DNA from: an uncultured bacterium
GTDB taxonomy: Bacteria; Hydrogenedentota; Hydrogenedentia; Hydrogenedentales; JAEUWI01
Assembly (NCBI GenBank): GCA_963977445.1
Contig: CAXBPH010000139.1
Location: 1-17,691 of the forward strand
Length of the DNA stretch: 17,691 nucleotides
Direction: 5' to 3'
Shown in pieces: positions 8,145 to 16,753 of this stretch. Position 1 is the first letter of the stretch. Each line of letters begins with the position of its first letter. The position numbers and the translations under genes were made by a program. The notes below the pieces were generated by a model that saw only the letters and a program-made list of their open reading frames with translations, was not told where the DNA came from and did no database searches.

Positions 8145-8378
8145 ACTTCGCTACCGTATAGACCAACGGGGACTGCCATCCATGCCGCCCCCGCGGGATG
8201 GTGGCGGTACCGTCCTTCTGGCATGTCGTCGGTAGTTTTTCGTACTCGGGTCGTGACGTACGTCCGGTACAGCCTCGCGCGGGACGTTGTCGTTCCAGAG
8301 TTGGATTTCGATTTCGTAGGGGGGCGGGCTATTTCGTTGGGGTAGCGGGTACCCACGCGATGCAGTCCCCTGGTATTT

Positions 8379-8413
8379 ACGGGCAAGCTCCGTAGAGCTT
8401 GCCCGTGGTACCC
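8379..8413. repeat. REP-like hairpin just downstream of the DUF4861-like gene
   Basis: Perfect 12-bp stem ACGGGCAAGCTC-cgta-GAGCTTGCCCGT followed by GGTACCC; a degenerate inverted partner GGGTACCCACG starts at 8347. Confidence 0.65.
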
Positions 8414-8436
8414 AGACGGTGCCCGATGTCGAAACC

Positions 8437-11310
8437 CTAGCGGTCGTTCAAGTCCTGATTGTCGGCAACAGTAATCGCGACGTCATTGCGCAATCCATCT
8501 GCCCAAATTCCTACTTCGCGCTCCCAGTTTTGCACGCCATAGGATGCGGGATATTGCATGCCACGACGCCATCCTCCGCGAATCCAGTAGCGAAAGTTTT
8601 GGCCTTCGGGAACAGCAATGAGGTGCCGTTCTTCGGGGAGTTTCTTCACTTCGATTTGTTCGTGGACCGTTGTGACCGCAAGCCCAATCTCGCCGATGTC
8701 ATCGCCCTGCCGTCCCCAGACGCCGAGGGCGCCAGGTGCTTCAAAGTTTACCCCTTCCGCGAGATCCATGAGGCCAATGCCTACCGTAGCGCCTTCCAGA
8801 CCTTCGGGCAGCAACACGTTGACTTCCGACTCTTCTCGGCCTGCGTAGATAAAGCAGCGGATGCTCACCTTCTTCTCCGGCATGTCAGGGAAGACGTTGC
8901 TGGCAATCATCTCCACGCCCGCACGAACCAGTCCACTGCCGAGGACCTTGTATTCAAATTCAACGTGCCCTTCACCCGCCGGACTTTGGACCGGATAGGC
9001 CTTGTCATCGTAATAGATGGTCAAGCCGCCGAGGCCACTGGTCTTACCCACGTGGAGGGCATCGATACCCCAGTCCTGTTCCGTGTGATAGTTCACGCCG
9101 TCTAGCGGGTAGATAAGCCGCTCTTCCCGGGGAAGCAATTGCACCTGCTTGCCAAAGAAATCGAACTGGCCCGTATAAAAGCGGAAGGCACCGGCGTCAG
9201 ACTCCCACGCGACGTAAGCCGGGTTGTCGAGGACGGCGTTGGTGAGTTTGGGGTGGATTGGGATGCTTTCGCCTGTGGCACGATAGAAAATAAAATAGGT
9301 CTTCGTCGCGTTGCTTTCGAGGTCGACGACGAAGGAAAGTTCGGCGCTTTTTCCGTCCCGAAACGTATCCACCTGATGGGAGACCGACCGCCACGTCAAC
9401 AAATAGTCGCCGTCGACCACCATGCAATTGTCGGGATTGAAATCGGGTGCCTGGGCCACCAAATCGGCTACCGGAATAGATACTACGTGATCCGGGTGCA
9501 CGGATTCCGAAGTCTTACCGAGAGACACTGTCAGCGGGATTCTCTTGGTATAAGTCTGATTGTTGATCAGAAGTGGAGAGGCTACGCCGGGGTAAGGGAT
9601 AAAATGGGCCCGATTTCCGAGATGGGTCGCGGCCCCGGAATAGTCGCCCGTCTCAAAACGGTGCGCGACTTCCTCCATGTAGTTGGAGCCTTCTAGCTTC
9701 TTCTGAACGTGTACAAAGAGCCGGTCGCGAACGAGGGCCGAATAGAAACGTGCGCCAGCGGGGGTGTTCTGTATGCGTTGGCCGATGCCCGTCTCGGTAT
9801 GCCATTTCGCCAGATCGCCGCCATAGAAGTCGATGACTTCCTGAACATTCCCAGGAACTTCGCCGAGCACCGCCGCGGCCATGTCGATAAATGCCTGGTT
9901 GCTCTCAAGGGAGGCTGCTATCGCCGGTTTATACACTTCAGGCAGTCCCTCGAAGGTCAGCGCGAAGGTCTTCTCACCAGGCTTCAACCGCTGTGTGAAG
10001 TCCACCGTACCGTCGCCATCCACATCCACCGTGCGCGTATCCAGCTTCCCGTCGTTGTCTTCGTCTTTCCAGGTATAGGCCGCGTCCAGTTTGCCGTCGT
10101 GGTTGAAGTCCACGTCCATATAGCCATAGTCGGCACCCAGGAGGTGGAGGCGCTGGTCCACGTCATCAAAATAGAGGGCCAAGGGCGACACGGGGTCGGC
10201 CGTAACTTCCACACGCTTGTTGAAGGGGGAGGAGGGGGGGCCACCGACCTGCTCGAAGTCGCCATGCTTGGATTTGGCATTCAAGATGCCTTCCCACCGC
10301 TCGTGGGGGTCCTGTTCGGGTTTCTCGTCCGTGTTGCTGTTGATTTCGTCCCACGTGAGCATGGCCTTGCCCCATTTGGCCTGCTGACCGAATTCCATGC
10401 ACTTATCCCAGGGAACCACGGGCAAGGTCTTCACGCCCCGAATGTCCAGGGCTTCCGAATGCCAGGCGGCGGAGGAGAGGCCCTCTTCCGGCGGCAGGGC
10501 GGTGACGGAAAAATCGTAGTTGTGCATGTCCTTGCCATAGGCATCGTCGTCGGCGTCGATGCTGTAGCGGAGGTTTTTCACTTCTTCACCGATAGCGCTG
10601 ATACGCACCACGACCTCGCTGGCCTGATCGCCATCGGGGTCATAAAAGGCGAAGGGGTCTTCCCAGACATTCACCCAATGTTCGCTGTCTTCCGTCAGGC
10701 GGAATTGATAAAACAACTCGTCGCCACTGAAGTGGGTGCGCCATTGACAGAGGGGCTGGTAGTAGGTGCCGTTCACATCGTGCCAGAGTAGATTGTCATC
10801 GCCAATGTCCACGGCCCACCAGACGGTCATGTCGTCCTTGCCGTCTTTCCAGTTCTTGTTGTAGAAGAGACCCATCTGGTCGACGTCGTTGTCGCCGTCA
10901 TCATCCTGATAATCGGAGACCACGTCGATGTAGCCATCGGCGTCCCAATCCCAGAAATAGAGATCGCTGTCCATATCGGGCCGTCCCGTTTCCGCGAAGT
11001 CCCCGTCTTCGTCGATGGCGCACACGAGAATGGTCTCTTTGTTGTGGCGATAGTCGGTCGCCATGTACCAGAATTCTTCCGCGATACCATCTCCATCTTC
11101 GTCGATTTCAAGCATTTCGCCTTTGGGTAGTGCTTTTACGGCGGCGATGCGCTCGGGCGCAATGACCCGGGGCAGGCCGAAAATGCGCTCGAACACCACC
11201 GTGTTTTTCGGGGAGCCGACGGCATCGCTTTGTGCCTGGGTAATGGTGGGGATTCCCAGCATCAACAACACGATGCTGGCGAAGCGGACATAATGGTCAG
11301 CTATAGACAT
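8437..11310 (-). CDS. Secreted 957-aa protein: acidic DxDxDG-rich N-terminal region plus C-terminal DUF4861-like domain
   Basis: RBS AGGAGA (11326-11321); signal peptide ending AQS. C-terminal VAWESDAGAFRFY, FDFFGKQ and YHTEQDWGIDALHVGKTSGLGG match the DUF4861 pattern as recalled. Many Dx[DN]xDG loops in about aa 70-435. Confidence 0.8.
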   Translation of the reverse strand: MSIADHYVRFASIVLLMLGIPTITQAQSDAVGSPKNTVVFERIFGLPRVIAPERIAAVKALPKGEMLEIDEDGDGIAEEFWYMATDYRHNKETILVCAIDEDGDFAETGRPDMDSDLYFWDWDADGYIDVVSDYQDDDGDNDVDQMGLFYNKNWKDGKDDMTVWWAVDIGDDNLLWHDVNGTYYQPLCQWRTHFSGDELFYQFRLTEDSEHWVNVWEDPFAFYDPDGDQASEVVVRISAIGEEVKNLRYSIDADDDAYGKDMHNYDFSVTALPPEEGLSSAAWHSEALDIRGVKTLPVVPWDKCMEFGQQAKWGKAMLTWDEINSNTDEKPEQDPHERWEGILNAKSKHGDFEQVGGPPSSPFNKRVEVTADPVSPLALYFDDVDQRLHLLGADYGYMDVDFNHDGKLDAAYTWKDEDNDGKLDTRTVDVDGDGTVDFTQRLKPGEKTFALTFEGLPEVYKPAIAASLESNQAFIDMAAAVLGEVPGNVQEVIDFYGGDLAKWHTETGIGQRIQNTPAGARFYSALVRDRLFVHVQKKLEGSNYMEEVAHRFETGDYSGAATHLGNRAHFIPYPGVASPLLINNQTYTKRIPLTVSLGKTSESVHPDHVVSIPVADLVAQAPDFNPDNCMVVDGDYLLTWRSVSHQVDTFRDGKSAELSFVVDLESNATKTYFIFYRATGESIPIHPKLTNAVLDNPAYVAWESDAGAFRFYTGQFDFFGKQVQLLPREERLIYPLDGVNYHTEQDWGIDALHVGKTSGLGGLTIYYDDKAYPVQSPAGEGHVEFEYKVLGSGLVRAGVEMIASNVFPDMPEKKVSIRCFIYAGREESEVNVLLPEGLEGATVGIGLMDLAEGVNFEAPGALGVWGRQGDDIGEIGLAVTTVHEQIEVKKLPEERHLIAVPEGQNFRYWIRGGWRRGMQYPASYGVQNWEREVGIWADGLRNDVAITVADNQDLNDR

Positions 11311-11342
11311 GACAATAAATTCTCCTGGGTATCAAAAAACTA

Positions 11343-11500
11343 ATTACCACGAAGTACACGAAGAGCGCGAAGAAAAGTGGATGAGGGCGAACAGATGCGA
11401 TGGGGGTTGTCGCTCCTGATTTCGGTATTTGGTGTAAGGAAATTCTATCAATGATCCGAATTGAAGTCTTTTCTTGCTCCTTCGTGACCTTCGTACTAAT
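11343..11500. repeat. Inverted pair of 9-nt-periodic repeats enclosing about 95 bp
   Basis: ACCACGAAG TACACGAAG AGCGCGAAG (11346-11372) faces TTCTTGCTC CTTCGTGAC CTTCGTACT (11471-11497). Confidence 0.7.
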
Positions 11501-11582
11501 ATCCGGAATTTTCATGTTTTTTCGTAAAGGTTTATCGGATATAAACTTCATAACCTATTGTTCCTGTATATTTTTACAGAGC

Positions 11583-11668
11583 CGTCATCCTCGCGAACGC
11601 GGGGATCCCGTAACGCGAACACAGACACCGATGATACCCTCTGGATTCCCGCGTGCGCGGGAATGACG
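11583..11668. repeat. REP doublet of the GTCATTCCCGCG..GCGGGAATCC type
   Basis: CGTCATCCTCGCGAACGCGGGGATCC (11583-11608) and inverted GGATTCCCGCGTGCGCGGGAATGACG (11643-11668), each internally palindromic, 34 nt apart. Confidence 0.85.
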
Positions 11669-11836
11669 AACCATCTCTTTTGGGTTGCAGCCAATGGCTG
11701 CGCGATGTCCTTTGTGGCGAAAAAAAATTCCCATAGGTTTTTCGAACGGCTACACCCAAGTTCAGCCGCGGCCGTTCGCATTCATGAAATACGTATGCTA
11801 GTCTACAACCGATTGACCCCACAATGGAATAGGCCC

Positions 11837-14800
11837 ATGAAAACGTTCTACCCCACACTTATTTTGATGATATTTTGCGCCCTGCTGACCGTTGATCTCA
11901 ACGCCCAGGAGGAGCGGCGGGACGAATATATCCACGCCGTGGTTCGGGGCGCGGGCCTGCTCCCGTGGCAGGAGCAGGGCGTTTCCGAAGCGGAAAAAAA
12001 CTTCCGTGCCGAAATGGAAGCGCGAAAAGACCAACTCCTCTCGGGTCCGCCCATAGCCCATCCGGCTTACTATGACGCAACCGCCCTCGCGCGGGCCAAA
12101 GAGAACATCGCCAACCACGAATGGGCCGCAGATTGGCTCGCCGGGCAGGTGGCGCTGGCGGACTACGTCGTGGCCCAGGCGCCGGGCTGGATAGACGCCA
12201 TGATTCCTCTGGAAGCGCCCAGCCCTATCTATGGGTTCACCTGTCCAAATTGTGTGGGGGAGAAGAGCCAGGAGGCAGTAGGGGCGGGGTTGGTAGCTTG
12301 GTCCCACCAGAGTCCCGATGAGATCCGCTGTCGCCGCTGTGACATGGCGTTTCCGAATGCGGACTATCCCGAAACGGCCACCCTTCAATTGCCCCGTAGC
12401 GGCCAGTCGGTATCCTATTATTTGAACCCGGCGGAACAAGCGAATCCGGACGACCGTAGCGGCGACCTCGCGTGGCACTGGGTGAATTATCCGTTGCACG
12501 TCAGCTTCAGCGGCGTCATTCGCGAGAAGAAGATTGCCTTCATGCGGACCACGGCGAAATCCCTGGCGCTGGCCTGGCTCTTTACCGAAGACCCCCGCTA
12601 TGCCGTCGCCACCCGGGATGTGTTGACACGCTACGCCACGGCATACCGTCAGTGGCCTTACCACGACTACTGGGGCACCTACGCCGACTGCGACCCCCTC
12701 TATGCCGCGTGGCATGACAAGAGTCTGCCGTTGGTCTGGAAACGGCACCTTTCCGAAAGTGCGTTTAAACAGGATACCCTGGAAAAGGCACGCATGCTCC
12801 AAACCTATTGGGGTGCGGGACGTATCCACGCCAGCACCGACGGCGTGAGTGGACTCACTCAGTTTGTGCTGGCCTATGATCTTACCTGGGACGCGGTGGA
12901 TAAAGACGGCAAACCCGTGTGGGACGATGCGTCGCGACGGCTGGTAGAGCGGGACCTGATTCTGGAGGCGGCCCTCGGCGCGGAGCCCTATATTGGTGGT
13001 CCGGGCGAAGCGAAAGAGGACAACAACAAAGCACCCCGCATCTACAACGCCTTCGGGGCCGTGGGGAAGGTCCTGGGTATTCCCCAATATGTGGATGTGG
13101 CCATCCGTGGCTACGAATGTGTGCGTGATGCTTCCTTCAACTACGATGGGTTCAGCACGGAGAGTCCGTCGTATACCAATATGTACCTTTCCCAGTTGCT
13201 GATTGTGCCCGAGTCCCTTCATGGCTACGTGTGGCCCGATGGGGTGGCTGGTCGAAGCGGTACCGTCGATCTCTATGGCCAGGACGAACAGCTGAAGCTC
13301 ATGTATCAGTCCCTGTTGGATACGATTCTCCCCAATGGCGAATACCTTCCGCTGAGTGACACCCGTCTCAACAGCAAGCCGTCGCTCCATATGTTACAAA
13401 TGGGTACGCGCCGCTATCCGGAAAGCTTCGCGGGGGTTCTGCCCAACATCCATCGGAGCGCGGGCGATGAGTATGCGGTGTTCAATCTGACCGAAGAAGA
13501 ACTCCAGGAGAAGCGTCCACTTCATCTGCAGGAGACCCTCTACCCGGCATGGAAGACGGCAATTCTACGTCATGGTCTGGGCACGGAAGCCGATACCCTT
13601 ACCCTGGCCTTTAACCCCTCAGGGGGGCACCGGCACTACGACAGCCTGGCACTCTTTTACGACGACGGTGGGCGCACGGTGGTGGGCGATCTAGGCTATA
13701 TGGGTGACATGCCGATGAACAAATGGATTAAGGCCACGGCGAGCCACAATCTTGTGATCGTCGATGGGAAGGAGCAGGAATTCAGGGGACGGAAAACCAA
13801 TTTCGAGTTCATGGCCACGTCGCCTCTAGCCTCCGTGGTCGAAGCAAGTTCCACGGCCTATCCCCAATGCAGCGACTATCGCCGTCGTGTGGTAATGGTA
13901 AAGGTCGGTGAGAATGAAACTTTCGCTATCGATCTGTTTACGGTAAAAGGTGGGGCAGAGCATCGGTATCGGGTATACAGCGAACTCGCATCCAGTCGGG
14001 CTAAGGATGGGCAGTTGCTGTTTGAGGGCCTTACCATGTCGGAAGAGGCACCTTTGCCCCAGGTAGGTGCGAGCCTGGCAGAGGCCGATATTTATGGCTT
14101 GCGTGATGTTCGGACGGTGGTGCCGACGACGGATGGGTGGCAGGCCACGTGGCAGGAGGCGCAGGGTACCTATCGGCTCTGGATGGCCAGCCCCACCGAT
14201 CAGGTGGACGCGTCCAATGGTCCAGGCCAACGTACCCAGCAGGAAAAAGGGCGGCGGGTCCGCTATGTGGACGCGGTCCGAACCGGAGACGCATTGGAAA
14301 GTACGTTTGTTGCCGTCCATGAGCCGCGGGATACGGAGCGTGGCGAAATTGCGACGGTCGAGCGATTGGCGGTTGACGGAGGCGCGAATGCGGTGGCCCT
14401 CAAGATTACACGGAGCAACGGCGTGTACCTGGCATTGAATAATTTCGACCACCTCCAGAACATAGAAGGCATCGAATTTCAGGGCACCTTTGCCTTGGTC
14501 TATCGCCCTGTAGACGGTCCGGCGGAGTATCTGGCCGTTGGGGCGTCCACCTTGTGGATTGACGGTCACGGGTGCGCGGATGGGCCGCCCGTCTGGTGCA
14601 GTCCTGCGAGCCGTAAATCGTCGCAAGTTGCGGTGACCGAGGTTCCGCCGCCCCATGGCTGGCCTCTGGATACGGGAACCGCCCAGTCCTACGCCCGGAT
14701 CGAGTCCGAAGGCGATTGGACCGGCATTCTCATCGATAGTGTTGATTCCGATGGTAAGGTGGACGTGGCGCGCTTCCCCCTGCCGGCGATTAGTCAGATC

Positions 14801-14839
14801 GAGGTGCCCTCGACGGTGGCCGGGGTATTACCCGATTGA
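11837..14839 (+). CDS. Secreted heparinase II/III-family protein (putative polysaccharide lyase), 1000 aa
   Basis: GGHRHYDSLAL, VGDLGY, ASHNLVIVDG, ESPSY, LPNGEYLPLSD and YRRRVVMV motifs. Start moved to ATG 11837, giving the signal peptide MKTFYPTLILMIFCALLTVDLNA; the longer ORF reads through a REP doublet. Confidence 0.85.
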   Translation: MKTFYPTLILMIFCALLTVDLNAQEERRDEYIHAVVRGAGLLPWQEQGVSEAEKNFRAEMEARKDQLLSGPPIAHPAYYDATALARAKENIANHEWAADWLAGQVALADYVVAQAPGWIDAMIPLEAPSPIYGFTCPNCVGEKSQEAVGAGLVAWSHQSPDEIRCRRCDMAFPNADYPETATLQLPRSGQSVSYYLNPAEQANPDDRSGDLAWHWVNYPLHVSFSGVIREKKIAFMRTTAKSLALAWLFTEDPRYAVATRDVLTRYATAYRQWPYHDYWGTYADCDPLYAAWHDKSLPLVWKRHLSESAFKQDTLEKARMLQTYWGAGRIHASTDGVSGLTQFVLAYDLTWDAVDKDGKPVWDDASRRLVERDLILEAALGAEPYIGGPGEAKEDNNKAPRIYNAFGAVGKVLGIPQYVDVAIRGYECVRDASFNYDGFSTESPSYTNMYLSQLLIVPESLHGYVWPDGVAGRSGTVDLYGQDEQLKLMYQSLLDTILPNGEYLPLSDTRLNSKPSLHMLQMGTRRYPESFAGVLPNIHRSAGDEYAVFNLTEEELQEKRPLHLQETLYPAWKTAILRHGLGTEADTLTLAFNPSGGHRHYDSLALFYDDGGRTVVGDLGYMGDMPMNKWIKATASHNLVIVDGKEQEFRGRKTNFEFMATSPLASVVEASSTAYPQCSDYRRRVVMVKVGENETFAIDLFTVKGGAEHRYRVYSELASSRAKDGQLLFEGLTMSEEAPLPQVGASLAEADIYGLRDVRTVVPTTDGWQATWQEAQGTYRLWMASPTDQVDASNGPGQRTQQEKGRRVRYVDAVRTGDALESTFVAVHEPRDTERGEIATVERLAVDGGANAVALKITRSNGVYLALNNFDHLQNIEGIEFQGTFALVYRPVDGPAEYLAVGASTLWIDGHGCADGPPVWCSPASRKSSQVAVTEVPPPHGWPLDTGTAQSYARIESEGDWTGILIDSVDSDGKVDVARFPLPAISQIEVPSTVAGVLPD

Positions 14840-14977
14840 GGAAAGAGCGGATCGCGTACATCTGCTGTGTTCGACAATAAACGGTGCAGCACCCGTGGGC
14901 CCCGGGGTTTTTCCGTTCACAGGAGACAGGGTATAATCCGATAGCCTAGGTTGTCTACGGCCAAAAAGGGTTGTACA

Positions 14978-16144
14978 GTGCCATCTCAAATTCATCAGGA
15001 TCTCATGTATCTCGCGGCACGGCTGCTTCACCGAAGTGCCCAGAGCGAATGCGAGCGGGATGCCGCCGAGTTTATCGAGCGGCGATTTCGAGAGAACACA
15101 CCGGATGTGTCCACAGAATCTTTTTTCTGCATCGAAAACTACCCCTATCTTTTCGCGTCGTATTTGTCAGAGTATCTCGTTGTTGGTGCCCTCTCCCTGT
15201 GGTGGCCCCTGATCGCCTTTCTCTATGGTGGGGCTATATTTGTTCTATACCTCTTTGAGTTTTCCGGTTTTCGGGGTCTTTCCCGATTTCTGCCGCAATT
15301 TCCATCCCAGAATGTGGTCGCCCGATTCCTGGGCACCCGCCCCAAGAGTCTGGTGGTGGTTACGGCGCATTATGACAGTGGATTCGCGAGTCCTTTGAGT
15401 TCGCCCCGGGTGCTGCCCTGGCTGCGTACCCTGCAAAACGTGTTGCTGGCGGCCATGGTGGTTGTGTTGGCCACCTGTGTCGCTGATTTTATTTCGAGCC
15501 GGGGCGGGGAGGTCAATGACTTGAGTCTCGCCATCCGGTGTGTGGCTATTGCCGTGCTCTTGACGGGCGCCTTGTTGCTCTTTTCGGTTTCCTCTCAAGG
15601 AGAGGACATTCGGGGTGCCAATGGAAACGCCTCGGGCGTCGCCGCGCTCCTCCAGCTTGCCGAGCGTTTCGGCGAGTCTCCCATCGAAGAAGCAGACGTG
15701 TGGCTCGTGGCCACGGGGAGCCACGAATCCTGGATGGGAGGGATGCGCCAGTTTCTCGACGAGCATAAACTCGACCGCCACAACACCTATCTCCTCAATC
15801 TCGAAGGCGTTGGTGCGGGAAAGCTCCATTATCTGACGCGGGAAGGGATGCTTCACGCCATGCCCAGCAGCAAAGAAATGGTGGCGATTGCTTCGGATCT
15901 ATCCGGTGATTACGATATGGCACCCGGCGTAATGCGCTCCGTGCCGACGGAAGCCCATATACCGCTCATGCGGGAGCTCAAGGCCATGACCGTCATGGGA
16001 CTCGACACCGACGGGCTGCCTCCCCACTGGAATCAGATTTCTGACCGGGTGACCGAAGTCGACGAGCGATCCATCGCGGCGGCGGTTGGATTCTCAGAGA
16101 CCCTGCTCCGCCGATTGGCTACGGCCCACGAAGAGCGCAGTTGA
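14978..16144 (+). CDS. Membrane-embedded M28 peptidase-fold protein with non-canonical active site (388 aa)
   Basis: SQNVVAR, VVVTAHYDS, GANGNASGVAALL, VWLVATGSHE and LLNLEGVG, plus about four hydrophobic helices. GTG start at 14978 with AAAGGG at 14965-14970; TATAAT at 14932-14937. Confidence 0.82.
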   Translation: MPSQIHQDLMYLAARLLHRSAQSECERDAAEFIERRFRENTPDVSTESFFCIENYPYLFASYLSEYLVVGALSLWWPLIAFLYGGAIFVLYLFEFSGFRGLSRFLPQFPSQNVVARFLGTRPKSLVVVTAHYDSGFASPLSSPRVLPWLRTLQNVLLAAMVVVLATCVADFISSRGGEVNDLSLAIRCVAIAVLLTGALLLFSVSSQGEDIRGANGNASGVAALLQLAERFGESPIEEADVWLVATGSHESWMGGMRQFLDEHKLDRHNTYLLNLEGVGAGKLHYLTREGMLHAMPSSKEMVAIASDLSGDYDMAPGVMRSVPTEAHIPLMRELKAMTVMGLDTDGLPPHWNQISDRVTEVDERSIAAAVGFSETLLRRLATAHEERS

Positions 16145-16256
16145 CCCGGTAGAATCAGGAAGTGGTGGTTTGAATCAATCAGATAGGAAATTTCAGGTCG
16201 CGCCTTCACTGGGCTGGTATAAGTTTGGGAATCGATTTGAATCGCGGCGACGATCT

Positions 16257-16424
16257 ATGGGGCGGACTTTCAGCCCTCAATGAATGTATCGGCCCCTAAA
16301 CATGGGGCGATGTCCCACGCTGGTATGTTAACTGTCCGTTGGCCCTCAAATCATGATAGCGGCAGGGTATTCACGTTCTTTTCAGCGCCGAAGCGGCACG
16401 CCAATGCAGCCCGGGGGAAGCCCC
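16257..16424. repeat. Degenerate REP-like array
   Basis: GGCGGACTTTCAGCCCTCAA, CATGGGGCGATGTCCCACGCTGGTATG, CCGTTGGCCCTCAA and a facing AGCGCCGAAGCGGCAC..CAGCCCGGGGGAAGCCCC; short imperfect palindromes with recurring GCTGGTAT and GCCCTCAA words. Confidence 0.5.
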
Positions 16425-16432
16425 AAAAGCAA

Positions 16433-16718
16433 GCCAAATAAGCGAAGGTCGACCTCGATTAAATCTAGCTTGATAGTTTCGGTAGTGTGCGGAAATGCCT
16501 ACAAAAGGCGAATTTACTGGTGCCTTGGGCACTATCGCCTAAAATAGTCTTTGACAATTGGGAGCGCAGGCGGCCCGCCTGCCCCGGGCCAAAGGCACGT
16601 TCTTTTTGTGTCTTCGACACAATGCAGGCGAGCCGCCTGCGCTCCCAAGCCTCCCGTTTTGGTAGCTGGAAACCGATCGACTTGGAACGTGCCCGAGATG
16701 AATCTTCGCTTATTTGGC
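16433..16718 (-). mobile_element. Miniature inverted-repeat element (MITE/REPIN-like), copy 2, 286 bp
   Basis: Perfect 15-bp terminal inverted repeat GCCAAATAAGCGAAG (16433-16447)/CTTCGCTTATTTGGC (16704-16718). Internal inverted REP doublet TTGGGAGCGCAGGCGGCCCGCCTGC (16558-16582)/GCAGGCGAGCCGCCTGCGCTCCCAA (16624-16648). Homologous to 143-329. Confidence 0.78.
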
Positions 16719-16753
16719 ATCCACGATACGCGCCAGACTGCTGATGTGGTGGA

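Noticed and set aside
11558..11836. 93-aa N-terminal extension of the heparinase-family ORF
   Set aside because: It is a translation through the REP doublet (WIPACAGMT is a repeat-derived peptide), and the signal peptide starts at ATG 11837.
11798..13390. 530-aa antisense ORF, and similar ones at 4274-5377, 7235-8122, 9709-10791 and 13826-14656
   Set aside because: They lie opposite well-supported genes and have no recognisable motifs. Long stop-free antisense frames are expected from GC-rich codon bias.
16433..16447. Resemblance of GCCAAATAAG to a Xer/dif half-site
   Set aside because: There is no 11-6-11 dif layout; the two arms are about 250 bp apart and behave as element termini.
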